Below, piece by piece: positions 28,956 to 39,461 of a stretch of DNA of 64,000 bases. This stretch comes from an uncultured archaeon (lineage in GTDB: Archaea; Thermoproteota; Nitrososphaeria; Nitrososphaerales; Gagatemarchaeaceae). The position numbers were made by a program, and so were the translations under genes. The stretch covers positions 992,001-1,056,000 of the forward strand of contig CAWFOU010000007.1 in the NCBI GenBank assembly GCA_963817525.1. The letters run 5' to 3'. Positions within the stretch are counted from its first letter, which is position 1. Each line of letters starts with the position of its first letter. The notes beneath the pieces were generated by a model. That model was given only the letters and a program-made list of their open reading frames with translations. It was not told where the DNA came from and searched no databases.

Positions 28956-29909
28956 ATGAACCCGCCCAAGACGCCCCTGGTCTGGGCTGAGAGGATCAAG
29001 CCGATGCCCTTGGACCCGGGATCAGTCCCCACGCTCGCGAGCGACATCGGGATGTTCTCCAGGGCAGGGGTGGAGCTGAAGATCACCGAGTTCCTCGGGA
29101 GCCCAGACGCCACGGCCGCCTTCCGCGCAGGCAAGGCGCAGATTGTGCACCTGCAGCTCCCAGAGGCCGTAAGGCTCGCGGCCCAGGCCGACCCCCCAGC
29201 GAAGGTCTTCTGGGCGAGCAGGATGGGGAAGATGGCGGGGATGCTCGTGTCAACCTCCTCGATCTGGGGCGTCGACGAGCTCCGGGGGAAGAGGTTCGGC
29301 ATCGGGGCGGAGGGGGACTTTTGGGACCCGATAATCTCAAAGATGCTAAGCTCGAACGGGATAGAGCGGGGCGAGATAACCTGGGTCAAGGGCCTGGACC
29401 CTTCCGAGAGGGCGGACATGCTGCTCAACGGCAAGATCGACGCCACCTTCGTCACCATGCAGACCTACATCAGCAAGCTCGCCGGCAGGGGGGAGATCCG
29501 GCTCCTCCTCGACGACGAGGCGATGAGGGAGTTCGCGGTGAGGAGCGAGTTCCTGGTCGCGGTCGCTACCGACCGACTGATCGAAAAGTCGCCGGACACG
29601 CTCGCGACAGTCACAAAGACCCTGATGAGGGCCGCCCGACTCTTCGGCGAGGACTCGGAGTCGTGGGTCGAGGCGGCGTCGAAAAGGAGGCCGGACGTCC
29701 CCCGGGAGAGCATCAGGAGGCAGTGGCATTACTTCCAGAAGGACTGGCCGGCCAACGGAGACATAGACACCAAGCGCTTCAGGCTCATCGTCCAGAAGTT
29801 GAAGAGCGAGGGAGGGGTCGCGATTGGCGCAGAGATTCCGATAGACAAGTGGGTCACGACGGAGTTCGAGGAGGCCGCGCTGAAGGAACTGGGAGTCTAT
29901 CCCAACTAA
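28956..29909 (+). CDS. NitT/TauT (SsuA/Thi5-like) binding-protein fold, no signal peptide
   Basis: A.D.GMF...GVEL, ELRGKRFGI, LLNGKIDA. Confidence 0.8.
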   Translation: MNPPKTPLVWAERIKPMPLDPGSVPTLASDIGMFSRAGVELKITEFLGSPDATAAFRAGKAQIVHLQLPEAVRLAAQADPPAKVFWASRMGKMAGMLVSTSSIWGVDELRGKRFGIGAEGDFWDPIISKMLSSNGIERGEITWVKGLDPSERADMLLNGKIDATFVTMQTYISKLAGRGEIRLLLDDEAMREFAVRSEFLVAVATDRLIEKSPDTLATVTKTLMRAARLFGEDSESWVEAASKRRPDVPRESIRRQWHYFQKDWPANGDIDTKRFRLIVQKLKSEGGVAIGAEIPIDKWVTTEFEEAALKELGVYPN

Positions 29910-30021
29910 CCGACAGACATTAGGAAAAAGACATGTCGGCGACCGAAGCGTGCCCGGGTTGTCCCGACAGAACGCTTAAAGCGACTGAGGCGGGTTTTCT
30001 CGTCGGTCCTCTAGCACGCAG

Positions 30022-31656
30022 GTGAATCTTTCCGAGGGGAAGAACTGGGCGCACCCCTTCTACGACGAGAACAACACTAGCTTCAACCCCCAGAATGCGA
30101 TCAACAGGGACAACGTCCAGGACCTGGAGGTGAAGTGGGTTCGCGAGCTTCGGCCCCCGAACCCTCCGGCGGCCAGGGAGAACCCCATGGACCTGCCGGC
30201 CGCGAGGATTGGGCTGGGAAGGCCCATCCAGACCATCCCGCTGGTGATGGACGGGACCGTGTTCCTGGCCGACAACAGCAACGCGGTCTACGCGGTGGAC
30301 GCCGCGAGCGGTCAGCTCAAGTGGTCGTTCCAGCCCTCGATGCCGAGGCTCGGCGCCCTCCCGATGATCCACACGCTCAACTCGAACGCGGGAACCCTCT
30401 TCGTGCTCTGCGCCCAGAGCGCCCTCTACGCCCTCAACACCGAGACCGGGAAGGTCGAGAGCGAGTGGGCCCAGTTCTTCCCGGAAACGAAGCCGAACGT
30501 GGTCAGGGACAAGGACTGGGGCGCCCCGTCGTTCTCGGCCCCCACCTTCTACGGCTCGAGCGCGATATTGGGCTCTTCGACGGAGGACCCTGACGAGGCG
30601 AGGGGTTTCGTCGCCTCCTACGACGTAAAGTCGAGGAAGATGCAATGGGTCTGGTACGTCACCCCGCCGGCGGTCGAGGGTCCCAAGAACTGGGACGCAG
30701 ACGCTTCCAAGGGGAACATCGCTGCTTATCCGAACGACTGGGGCGAGATCGACATCGCGGGAAGGGCTACGGTCTGGGGCCAGACCGTCGCAGACGAGGA
30801 GGACGGCAAGGTCTTCGTCGGGACAGGGAACCCTTGGCTCTTCCACATAGAAGGGTCTCTGAGGCCGGGGCCCCTGCTCTACTCGGACTGCATGGTCTGC
30901 CTCGACGCGGAGACCGGGAAGATGGTCTGGTATTACCAGTCCACCCCCCACGACCATCTGGGGTGGGACTTTGGGATGAGCGTCATCCTCGCCCAGCTGA
31001 CGGTCGGTGGGCAGAAGCGCAAGGTCCTGATCGGCTCGTCCAAGAACAGCCATGTCTACGTGACCGACGCCGCGACGGGGAAGCTCGTCTTCGAACCCAT
31101 AAGGGTCGGCTACGTCGGGGCGCCCCTGAACGCCAACAAGGGAAACGAGGCGGACATGGTGGGCTCCCTCGAGCCGGGGGTCTACGCTCCCGCGCACAAC
31201 GGCGGCATCAACGCGGCCTCGGCTTTCGCGTACAACAAGATCTTCGTCGCCACCCAGAGGTTCGAGCAGCGCCTAGAGTACGTCGCCGGCGTCCACAAGG
31301 GGAAGCCCATCAGGCGGGCAACCCTCGTGGACATGCCAAGCCCAAGATATTCGACCATCTCGGCGATCGAGGGGTCGAGGGGGGAGATCGCCTGGAGCTA
31401 CTTCATCCCCAACGGGTACCAGGGCGCGGGCCTCACGGTAAGCGGCAACGTCGTGTTCGGCGTCGACCGCACCGCCATCCTCTACATGCTCGACGCCTCG
31501 AACGGGGCGCTCCTGCGGAAAGAGCAACTGGGAGGCCACGGGTCGGCTGGTGCCTCGATAGCCGCGACTCAAGAGGGGGAGATGAGGCTCTTCGTGCCCA
31601 TAAGCGGGGCAGGGGGGTCGGAGAACAAGCTGGTGTGCTTCGGGCCCCGGGCCTAG
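30022..31656 (+). CDS. PQQ-dependent dehydrogenase-like beta-propeller, paralog 2
   Basis: Collinear with paralog 1 (PKNWD.DASKGNI.AYP.DWG, PGPLLY, WYYQSTPHD); GTGNP. Confidence 0.85.
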   Translation: MNLSEGKNWAHPFYDENNTSFNPQNAINRDNVQDLEVKWVRELRPPNPPAARENPMDLPAARIGLGRPIQTIPLVMDGTVFLADNSNAVYAVDAASGQLKWSFQPSMPRLGALPMIHTLNSNAGTLFVLCAQSALYALNTETGKVESEWAQFFPETKPNVVRDKDWGAPSFSAPTFYGSSAILGSSTEDPDEARGFVASYDVKSRKMQWVWYVTPPAVEGPKNWDADASKGNIAAYPNDWGEIDIAGRATVWGQTVADEEDGKVFVGTGNPWLFHIEGSLRPGPLLYSDCMVCLDAETGKMVWYYQSTPHDHLGWDFGMSVILAQLTVGGQKRKVLIGSSKNSHVYVTDAATGKLVFEPIRVGYVGAPLNANKGNEADMVGSLEPGVYAPAHNGGINAASAFAYNKIFVATQRFEQRLEYVAGVHKGKPIRRATLVDMPSPRYSTISAIEGSRGEIAWSYFIPNGYQGAGLTVSGNVVFGVDRTAILYMLDASNGALLRKEQLGGHGSAGASIAATQEGEMRLFVPISGAGGSENKLVCFGPRA

Positions 31657-31747
31657 CGCCTGAGGCCTGGCCCAATCGGGGCGACTTCTCTAGTTCGAAT
31701 TATGCTTACCGCAAGTATATTTACTACGCGCTGTCGAAAAAACGACA

Positions 31748-33007
31748 ATGAACCTGCGCAGAGGGATTTCGCGTTCGACCTATGCCGTCATCGGAGTTAT
31801 TCTGATCTTGATAGTTGTGGGAGGAGGATATGCTCTCCTCGCCCCGAAGAGTTCTTCTTCGACGACCTCCTCCAGCTCCTCGTCCGCATCCACCTCTTCC
31901 TCCACCACCCCCATCGTTCAGGGCAACCTGATCCTTGGGACGTTCGGCCTCGGAGACAAGGCCAATGTGGCGAACGCAGGCCAATCGGCCGAATGGCTGG
32001 CGGTGCCCGGGGGCTTCTATCAGCAGCAAGGGGTCAACCTGACAATCGACGCCCTCCAGTCGAGCGTGGTGATCCTCCAGGCACTCGAGTCAGGCTCAAT
32101 CAACATCGCTGACATCTCAGCGACCGAAGCGTTCAAGACGAGCGCCCTCGGGCAAGCGAACTTCACGGCGATCATGGGCGATGAAGCTAACGACTGCTTC
32201 ACCTGCGCGGGCGGGTTCTTCATCATCGGCAAGAGCTCCATAACGAACCTCTCCCAGCTCGCGGGTAAGAACGTCGGGGTCTCAGGGGTAGGGGGCGCGG
32301 ATCAAGTGGCCGCGATTGCCGTCCTGAAGGCTCTCAACGTCACCTACAACCCCGCGACCGCCATAAACTGGGTCGCGGTGAGCACTACGCAGGCCCGCGT
32401 CGCGGGATTGGCGCAGGGGTCGCTTGACGCCACCGTGACCACGGCCCAGAACCTGCCGGCGCTGGATACGATTCCCAACCTCACGATGATCGTGAACGCG
32501 ACCACGTTCGCCAAGTACGAGCCTCCCGCCGTCCCTGGGATAGTCGTGAAGACGAGCTTCCTTCAAAGCCACGCCGCCCTTCTCCAGGAGTTCGTGAGAG
32601 GGCTCATACTCGCCAACAGGGCGTTCGCGAGCAACATGACGCTGTGGCTCAACCTCGCGGAGACGGCTAGGCCAGACATGAACGCGTCGGAGCTGACCAC
32701 CCTCTACAACGGATACACGCACGGATTCGCGATTAACGGCGGAATCAACATGCAAAGGGCCCAGGCGGGGGTCAACTATCTCTACACGACGACGGAGTTC
32801 ACGAGCGAAAACGTCCCGGTGATAACCGCGGCGCAGTTCGTCAACACCACCCTCGTCGACAACGTGCTCCAGCAGTACGGGGTAATCTCCGCGTTCGACG
32901 TCATCGGGAGGACGGTCTCGGGAGCCGCCACCAGCACCACCCTGGCCATGGCGATCCTGCCCCTGGAGTATCTGGAAGCACCGCAACAAGTATTAGGGAA
33001 GAGATAG
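31748..33007 (+). CDS. ABC transporter substrate-binding protein (NitT/TauT), membrane anchored
   Basis: N-terminal TM, S/T linker, LAGKNVGVSGVGG, GSLDA, many N-x-S/T sequons. Confidence 0.85.
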   Translation: MNLRRGISRSTYAVIGVILILIVVGGGYALLAPKSSSSTTSSSSSSASTSSSTTPIVQGNLILGTFGLGDKANVANAGQSAEWLAVPGGFYQQQGVNLTIDALQSSVVILQALESGSINIADISATEAFKTSALGQANFTAIMGDEANDCFTCAGGFFIIGKSSITNLSQLAGKNVGVSGVGGADQVAAIAVLKALNVTYNPATAINWVAVSTTQARVAGLAQGSLDATVTTAQNLPALDTIPNLTMIVNATTFAKYEPPAVPGIVVKTSFLQSHAALLQEFVRGLILANRAFASNMTLWLNLAETARPDMNASELTTLYNGYTHGFAINGGINMQRAQAGVNYLYTTTEFTSENVPVITAAQFVNTTLVDNVLQQYGVISAFDVIGRTVSGAATSTTLAMAILPLEYLEAPQQVLGKR

Positions 33008-33022
33008 TGCGAGAGGGCCGGG

Positions 33023-33895
33023 TTGGCTCCTAAGGTCATTGTCCGGGACCTTGCAAAGTCTTTCCCGCTTCGGCAAGGGAAGGGCTACGTCACCCTCAAC
33101 GTCATCGAAGACCTGTCGATGACCGTCGAGGAGAACGAATTCGTGGTCATAATCGGTCCCTCGGGGTCGGGGAAGACGACCCTTCTGAAGCTCATCGACG
33201 GGCTCATACCGCCGGACTCGGGCGAGATCCTTATCGACGGGACCGCACATCCGAAACCGGGCCCGAAGATGGGGTTCGTCTTCCAGTCCTTCAGGCTGAT
33301 GCCCTGGAAGACCGTCATGGGGAACGTTCTGTTCCCGTTGCAGCTGAACCACATCGACAAGCGGATCGCCTCCGATCGCGCCGTCAAGTACATAGGCCAA
33401 GTCGGGCTTACCGGCTTCGAGAACAGCTACCCTTCAGAGCTCTCGGGGGGGATGCAGCAGCGCGTCGGGCTCGCCAGGGCAATGGCCCTCGAACCCGAGA
33501 TATTGCTGATGGACGAGCCGTTCGGCTCGCTGGACGCCCAGACGAGCGAGCTCCTCCAGGTGGAGCTGCTCAAGCTTTGGCAGTCCAAGCAAAACACCGT
33601 CATCTTCGTGACCCACAACCTCGACGAGGCGCTCCTGCTCGCGGACAGAATCGTGCTGGTCGGGGCGAGGCCGACGAAGGTGGAGGAGGAGATCAAGGTC
33701 CCCTTCCGCAGGCCGCGATGGACCTACGACGTCCGATCCGAACCGGAATATCCCGTCCTGCGCCGTCATCTGTGGACCAGGCTCAGGGAGATGGTCACCA
33801 AGTCTGGCACTTTTCCGGAGGTGAATGTCGCTCCCACGACCACTGCCACGCTGGCAGGCGAGGAGTGGACGCCGAGAATGGCTGAGCGCAGTTGA
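33023..33895 (+). CDS. ABC transporter ATP-binding protein (NitT/TauT)
   Basis: GPSGSGKT, LSGGMQQR, LLMDEPF, VTH. Confidence 0.95.
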   Translation: MAPKVIVRDLAKSFPLRQGKGYVTLNVIEDLSMTVEENEFVVIIGPSGSGKTTLLKLIDGLIPPDSGEILIDGTAHPKPGPKMGFVFQSFRLMPWKTVMGNVLFPLQLNHIDKRIASDRAVKYIGQVGLTGFENSYPSELSGGMQQRVGLARAMALEPEILLMDEPFGSLDAQTSELLQVELLKLWQSKQNTVIFVTHNLDEALLLADRIVLVGARPTKVEEEIKVPFRRPRWTYDVRSEPEYPVLRRHLWTRLREMVTKSGTFPEVNVAPTTTATLAGEEWTPRMAERS

Positions 33896-34674
33896 GCGTC
33901 AAGGACGTAGTCGGAATCAGGAGGAAGAGGGTCGCGTGGGCGACGCGGATCATCATACTCGCCGCACTCATAGTAGTCTGGCAGATCGCCGCATTGACAC
34001 TGGGCACCCTTTTCCTCCCCCAACCCCTTGCCGTGGTGTTTGCGACTATCACCCTGTTCGGGAACGGGACCATCGAGCTGGCCCTGAAGCAGAGCATGAC
34101 CGTCTATTTGATCGCTTTCTCTATCTCCCTCGCCATCGGTATCCCCTTGGGGCTGGTCATGGGTGGCATCAGGGCGGTCGGGGATGCCGTCGACTCCTTC
34201 ATCAACCTCTTCAACTCGATGCCGAGGATCGCGCTCATCCCGCTGATGGTCGCTTGGTTTGGGCTCGGTGTGACGGCCAAGATAGCCATCGTCATCCTGC
34301 TCGCGTTCTTTCCGATAGTGATAAACACCTACAACGGGGTCTTGAACACGGACAAGGACCTGCTCGAGGCGGCCACATCCTTCGGCGCGAGCAGGGGGCA
34401 ACTGTTCACCGGAGTCATGCTCCGCGCCGCTCTCTCCAACATCGTCACCGGGATAAGGCTCGGCGCCTCCGTGGGGATCCTTGGCGTCGTGGTGGCAGAG
34501 CTCTTCACGGCCATCTCCGGGCTTGGAGGCCTGATAGTGACATACGGCAACCTATTCGAGCTCAACGACTATTTCGTCCCCGTCCTGGTGCTATCCGTCA
34601 TCGGGGTGAGTATCTCCGAGGGCCTGAAGTACGCGGAGAAGAGGCTCACTCCCTGGAAGCAGTTCCAAAGATGA
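33892..34674 (+). CDS. ABC transporter permease (NitT/TauT)
   Basis: PRIALIPL..WFGLG, EAA.SFGA loop, VVAEL...SGLG. Confidence 0.93.
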   Translation: MSVKDVVGIRRKRVAWATRIIILAALIVVWQIAALTLGTLFLPQPLAVVFATITLFGNGTIELALKQSMTVYLIAFSISLAIGIPLGLVMGGIRAVGDAVDSFINLFNSMPRIALIPLMVAWFGLGVTAKIAIVILLAFFPIVINTYNGVLNTDKDLLEAATSFGASRGQLFTGVMLRAALSNIVTGIRLGASVGILGVVVAELFTAISGLGGLIVTYGNLFELNDYFVPVLVLSVIGVSISEGLKYAEKRLTPWKQFQR

Positions 34675-34690
34675 CGCTATAGGCGCGGTC

Positions 34691-35125
34691 TCACTTTGGG
34701 TCGACTGGCCGCGTGGTCACTTCGTCCTCGAGCTTGAGTCCGAGGTCCTTGCCGTTGACCAACTTCTTGCCTCGCACATAGATGTGGATGGCGACGGACT
34801 CGGGTGCCCTCAGCGCCGGGCACAGGTTGTATCCCACGATTGTGCCCACCTCCCTGCCCCCTGCTAGGACGTGGTCTCCCGCCCTCACGAACCCGCCCTC
34901 GTCCACCTCAAAATGCCCGACCAGCGAGAACCTGTTCACCTTCCCTCCCGGTTTCGCGTCAGGGTCGTCCGTGACAAAAATCTCGTATATCTCTCCCCGG
35001 TAAAGCGACCGAGGGACCACGTCCATCAGCTTGTGGTGCGCATCGTCGGGAGCCTTGGTCGTGCTCGTCGGGGCGACGGGGCGCTCGTTGACGTTGACAA
35101 GCTTTCCCTTGACTGGCCTCCTCAT
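34691..35125 (-). CDS. Hypothetical small beta-barrel protein (DUF6917-like)
   Basis: From ATG 35125; GEIYEI..DAKPGGKVN..VGHFEV..GG..RAGD.V..G...GTIVGY; family recalled from memory. Confidence 0.6.
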   Translation of the reverse strand: MRRPVKGKLVNVNERPVAPTSTTKAPDDAHHKLMDVVPRSLYRGEIYEIFVTDDPDAKPGGKVNRFSLVGHFEVDEGGFVRAGDHVLAGGREVGTIVGYNLCPALRAPESVAIHIYVRGKKLVNGKDLGLKLEDEVTTRPVDPK

Positions 35126-35297
35126 CGGCCCTCTCTCCTGGTCAGCATCGATTGTGTGGTCTGCGTGCTTTCCAAACCTCGGTGGTGTTGAGCAATCCAC
35201 GACTATATCATCGTTGGGTTGGAATGGCTCCAACTCGTTCGGCGGGCGTGAAGACTTATGTCTCCGCGACCCGTCCTTGGATTGCCGTGAAGCTGTC

Positions 35298-36299
35298 ATG
35301 ACCCCGCCCAAGCGCGGGCCGAAACTGGTCTGGGCGGAGCGGATTAAGCCGATGTCCCTCAATCCGGGCTCGGTGCCCATGCTCGCCTCCGACCTCGGGA
35401 TGTTCGGATCGGCGGGCGTCGACCTGATGGTCAAGGAGTACCTTGGATCGCCGGCGGCTATCGAGGCGATCAAATCGGGCGAGGCCGTCTTCGCCCAGGT
35501 GCCCACCCTGGAGGGCGCCAGGCTGATCGCCGAGCACGGCTGGCCGGGAAAGATCTTCTGGGTCAATCCGGCGGCGAAGACGTCGTCCTCGGTCGGCTTC
35601 GTGATGATGGCAGCCCCCTCGGTCAAGAAGCTCGCAGACCTGAAAGGAAGGAGGTTCGGAGTTGGGGCGGATGGGGACTACTGAACCCCTATCATAGCCA
35701 AGATGCTCCGCCTGAACGGGTTGAAACGTGAGGACATAATCTGGGTGAAGGACCTCGACCCCGTTCAGAAGGCCGACATGCTGCTTGACGGGAAGATCGA
35801 CGTCATGCTCACGAGCGTCCAGAACTACATCGGGAAGTTCGAGGGGGACCGCAGAGCGCACGTCTTGGCGCGAGGCGACGACCTGAACAAGTGGAGGGGC
35901 GGCGAGCCTCAAGGGCCGTCCTTCGTGGGGCTCGCGTCGGACAAGACGCTCGAGCAGCACAGCGACACCGTGGAGCTCGTCACCACCATGCTGCTGAAGG
36001 CCGCGAGGCTGTTTAGCGAGAACCGGGAGGTCTGGGTCGAAGCCGCTTCAAAGCGGAGGCCCGACGTGCCCGAGGAGAAGATCGGGAAGCTATGGGAGTT
36101 CTTCCAAGGGGACTGGCCCGTCAACGGCGGCGTCGAAGCCGCCCGCCCCGAAATTCTTGCGGACCTCGGGCGCAAGAATGGTCCCGGGTCGAACGGGAGG
36201 TCGTCGACCGGCAACCTGTTCGCCTCCGAGTTCGAATCGAAAGCCATCGAGAAGCTGGGGCTCTATCTGACTCCTGACACGCGAGAGCGGTCCCCATGA
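35298..36299 (+). pseudogene. Signal-less NitT/TauT-fold paralog of 28956..29909, split by one in-frame TGA
   Basis: ORFs ending 35684 and starting 35703 share a frame; GDY*TPIIAKML aligns with GDFWDPIISKML. Confidence 0.8.
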
Positions 36300-36365
36300 A
36301 CCGTCGCTGACGAGGTTTGTACTTTCGGCCAATCAGATTCTCATACGTTAAAGTATTCGCGAGCC

Positions 36366-36803
36366 TTGAGCCGTCGCGGAAGCGAGACTTTGCCCAAAGA
36401 CAAGCTGGCGCCTTGGAAGAAGGCCGCGAAGAAGCCGCAGCTACTGAGCTGGAGCGGCGTCAGGGAGGAGAAGATGAACGACAAGATAACCAGGAAGCTC
36501 GCCGTCGGCCAGAACGAGATGATCGGCCGCCTGCACCTCGCGAAGGGGGCCTTCGTCCCTCCGCACAAGCACGTGAGCGAGCAGATCACCATGGTGATGA
36601 GCGGCTCGCTCAAGTTCACCATCGGCGGCGAGGACATAATGATGAAAGCGGGCGATGTCCTCGTGATCCCGCCGAACGTCGTCCACTCTGCCCTGGCCCT
36701 CGAGGATTGCGACGACATCGACGCCTTCAGCCCACTGAGGCTCGACTGGCTCACCGGCGACGACGCCTACCTGAAGACGGGCAAGTCCACGCTCAAAAAG
36801 TGA
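36366..36803 (+). CDS. Cupin domain protein
   Basis: PHKHVSEQ, AGDVLVIPPNVVH, DAFSPLR.D. Confidence 0.9.
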   Translation: MSRRGSETLPKDKLAPWKKAAKKPQLLSWSGVREEKMNDKITRKLAVGQNEMIGRLHLAKGAFVPPHKHVSEQITMVMSGSLKFTIGGEDIMMKAGDVLVIPPNVVHSALALEDCDDIDAFSPLRLDWLTGDDAYLKTGKSTLKK

Positions 36804-36899
36804 GGCTCGGCCCAAGCCCCGCGGTTGGGGGCGCCCATCACCAACCCAGAGAACTGCGTGCCAGTTTTTAAGGGGCAGAGGGCCGCCGCCGCACGACGG

Positions 36900-37790
36900 A
36901 TGTCTAGCAAGCAGCTCTCCCAGACCGCCGTCGGCGAGGCGAAGGACGAGATGACCGACTACACCACCTACAAGCGGCTGGCTGAGTCGGAGAAGAGCGA
37001 GACCAATAGGGAGATGTTCGCGAAGCTCACCACGATGGAGCACAACCACTACGAGCTGTGGATGAAGTACGTCCCCAAGGGAACCTTGGCGGTGGGCCCG
37101 AAGAGGGCGACGGTCTTCCTGGTGCTCTTCCTCCGCCGGCTCCTCGGAGCCTCGTTCGCGATCAAGTTCCTGGAGCGCCGAGAGAAGAACACCGTCGCGA
37201 AGTACGAGGCCCTGAAGCCCTCCGTCCCCGCGGGGGACCAAGCCGCCTTCCAGTCGATGATCGAGGACGAGAAGGGGCACGAGACCGCCTTCGCTGACGT
37301 CGTGGCGGGGAGCTACGTCAAGTACATCTCGTTCATCGTCCTCGGCCTGGCCGACGCCCTGGTCGAGATCGCGGGCATCCACGCCGGGTCGCTAGGGATC
37401 TACAAGTCGACCGAGCTCACGGGCCTCGCGGGGATCGTCGCGGGAGCTGCCGCCTCGCTCGCGATGGCCTCAGCCGCGTACGCTCAGGCCAAACAGGGGT
37501 TCGAGGGGTCCTCCACTCTCGCGGCGGGTTACACCGGAGGGTCGTACTTCGTCGCGGCCGTCCTCCTGGCCCTGCCGTACTTCCTGACCAAGACGATGCT
37601 CGTCGCGATCACGGCCTCCGTGTTGGTGGGTCTCTCGATCATCGCGTTCGTGACCTGGTACAACTCCATAATCGTGGGGAGTCGCTTCGTGAGGGAGTTC
37701 TCGGAGCTCGCGGGCGTGATGCTCGGCGCCACTCTGGCGCTCTATGTCTTCGGTAGCATCATCCGGGTGCTGTTCGGGATCTCGATCTAG
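36900..37790 (+). CDS. Rubrerythrin-like + VIT1/CCC1 iron transporter fusion
   Basis: E..H ferritin-like motifs (MEHNH, DEKGHE) followed by VLGLADALVE and TM helices. Confidence 0.85.
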   Translation: MSSKQLSQTAVGEAKDEMTDYTTYKRLAESEKSETNREMFAKLTTMEHNHYELWMKYVPKGTLAVGPKRATVFLVLFLRRLLGASFAIKFLERREKNTVAKYEALKPSVPAGDQAAFQSMIEDEKGHETAFADVVAGSYVKYISFIVLGLADALVEIAGIHAGSLGIYKSTELTGLAGIVAGAAASLAMASAAYAQAKQGFEGSSTLAAGYTGGSYFVAAVLLALPYFLTKTMLVAITASVLVGLSIIAFVTWYNSIIVGSRFVREFSELAGVMLGATLALYVFGSIIRVLFGISI

Positions 37791-37793
37791 GGG

Positions 37794-39437
37794 CTAGAAT
37801 ATCCCGCTGACGACGCCCTCGTCGCTGAGGGAGATCCTCTCCGCGGCGGGGGAAGAGGGCAGCCCGGGCATCCTCGATATCTCCCCCATCTCGACGATCA
37901 CGTACCCCGCGCCCGCAGCGAGCTCCACTGCGTGGACGGCCGCTACGAAGCCTCGCGGCCTCCCGACCAGCTTGGGGTCGTCTGAGAGTGAGTTGGACGT
38001 CTTGGCTATGCAGATCGGAAGGCCCCCGTAGCCCAGCTTGGTGATCTTCTCCAGCTCCGCCTCAGCCGCGTCCGTGTAGGAGACGCTCGACCCCCCGTAC
38101 ATCTCGTCCACGACTTTGCCCACCTTCGCGCGGATGGTGTCTCTCGCCTCGTAGACCGGAGTGCAGGCGCCGCCCTTCCCAGCCTCCTCGACGACGAGCC
38201 CGGCCAGCCTCTCTGACCCCTCGCCCCCCTCGGCGAAGGCAGAGGTTGCGGAGAAGGGGACACCCTCCTTCGCGCAAAAGCCAGAGACCTCCCGCACCTC
38301 CTCTTCCCCGTCCCCCTCGAAGAGGTTGAGGGCCACGACGGGCCTCAGCCCGAGGGTCCGCACGTTCTCTATGTGCTTGGCGAGGTTCTCCAGTCCCGCC
38401 CTGACCGCCTGGGGGTCAGGACCCTCGGGAGACGCGGGCGGGACACTCTCCCCTCCCCGCCCGTGGTGCCTCAGCGCCCTCACCGTGGCCACGATGACCG
38501 CCGCGTCGACCCCGACCCCCGCGACGCGGGTCACGATGTCGACGAACTTCTCGGCCCCCAGGTCGCTCCCGAACCCCGCCTCCACCACGGCATAGTCCGA
38601 GCATTGCAGGGCGAGTTGGATAGAGACGATGCTGCAGGTCCCGTGGGCTATGTTCCCGAAAGGCCCGCCGTGCACGAGCGCGGGCGTCCCCTCGGCGGTC
38701 TGGACGAGGTTGGGCTCGAGCGCCTCCTTCAGGAGCGCGGCCATGGCGCCCACCACCTTGAGGTCAGCTGCCGTGACCTGGCGCCCATCCCTAGCGTAGG
38801 CCACCACCATCCTGCCGAGCCTGGACTTTAGGTCCGCGTAGTCCCTGCTGAGGCAGAGTATCGCCATCACCTCGGACGCGGCCGTGATGATGAACTTCCC
38901 GTCGTGAGGCTCGCCGTCCTTCGCCCCCATCGCCACCCTCACATCGCGCAGCGCCCTGTCCTCCACGTCCAGCACCCTGGGCCAGAGTATCTCGTCGGGG
39001 TCGATCCCGAGGGCGTTGCCGTGGAAGACGTGGTTGTCTATTGCCGCGGCTAGGAGGTTGTGGGCTGCCGTTATCGCGTCGATGTCCCCGGTGAGCCGCA
39101 TGTTGACCTCCTCCATGGGCTCCAGCGTGGAGCTCCCCCCGCCCGCCCCTCCTCCCTTTATCCCGAAGACCGGCCCCAGCGAGGGCTGCCTGATGCACGC
39201 GACCGCCAGCTTCCCGAGCCTCCCCAGCCCCATGGCGAGGCCGATCGAGACGACCGTCTTGCCCTCGCCGTGGGGGGTCGGCGTGATCCCCGTGACCATG
39301 ACGAGCTTCCCTCTCGGAGCCCGGCCTGTCAGCGCGCGCAAGGAGATCTTGGCCTTGTACTTGCCATAGCGCGTCGCGAGGTCTTCGTCGAGCCCGAGCT
39401 CCGAGACGACCTCCTCGATCGGCCGCATGGGCCTCAC
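37794..39437 (-). CDS. fhs: Formate--tetrahydrofolate ligase
   Basis: TPHGEGKT, PSLGPVFGIKGG, HGGPFGNIAHG, EAGFGSDLGAEKF, MPGLP. Confidence 0.96.
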   Translation of the reverse strand: MRPMRPIEEVVSELGLDEDLATRYGKYKAKISLRALTGRAPRGKLVMVTGITPTPHGEGKTVVSIGLAMGLGRLGKLAVACIRQPSLGPVFGIKGGGAGGGSSTLEPMEEVNMRLTGDIDAITAAHNLLAAAIDNHVFHGNALGIDPDEILWPRVLDVEDRALRDVRVAMGAKDGEPHDGKFIITAASEVMAILCLSRDYADLKSRLGRMVVAYARDGRQVTAADLKVVGAMAALLKEALEPNLVQTAEGTPALVHGGPFGNIAHGTCSIVSIQLALQCSDYAVVEAGFGSDLGAEKFVDIVTRVAGVGVDAAVIVATVRALRHHGRGGESVPPASPEGPDPQAVRAGLENLAKHIENVRTLGLRPVVALNLFEGDGEEEVREVSGFCAKEGVPFSATSAFAEGGEGSERLAGLVVEEAGKGGACTPVYEARDTIRAKVGKVVDEMYGGSSVSYTDAAEAELEKITKLGYGGLPICIAKTSNSLSDDPKLVGRPRGFVAAVHAVELAAGAGYVIVEMGEISRMPGLPSSPAAERISLSDEGVVSGIF

Positions 39438-39461
39438 CCTGGCGCCTCGCGACCCGGCCCG

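Noticed and set aside
35682-35684. Selenocysteine or genetic-code reassignment at TGA
   Set aside because: The aligned residue is Trp, not Cys, and TGA terminates many genes in this window.
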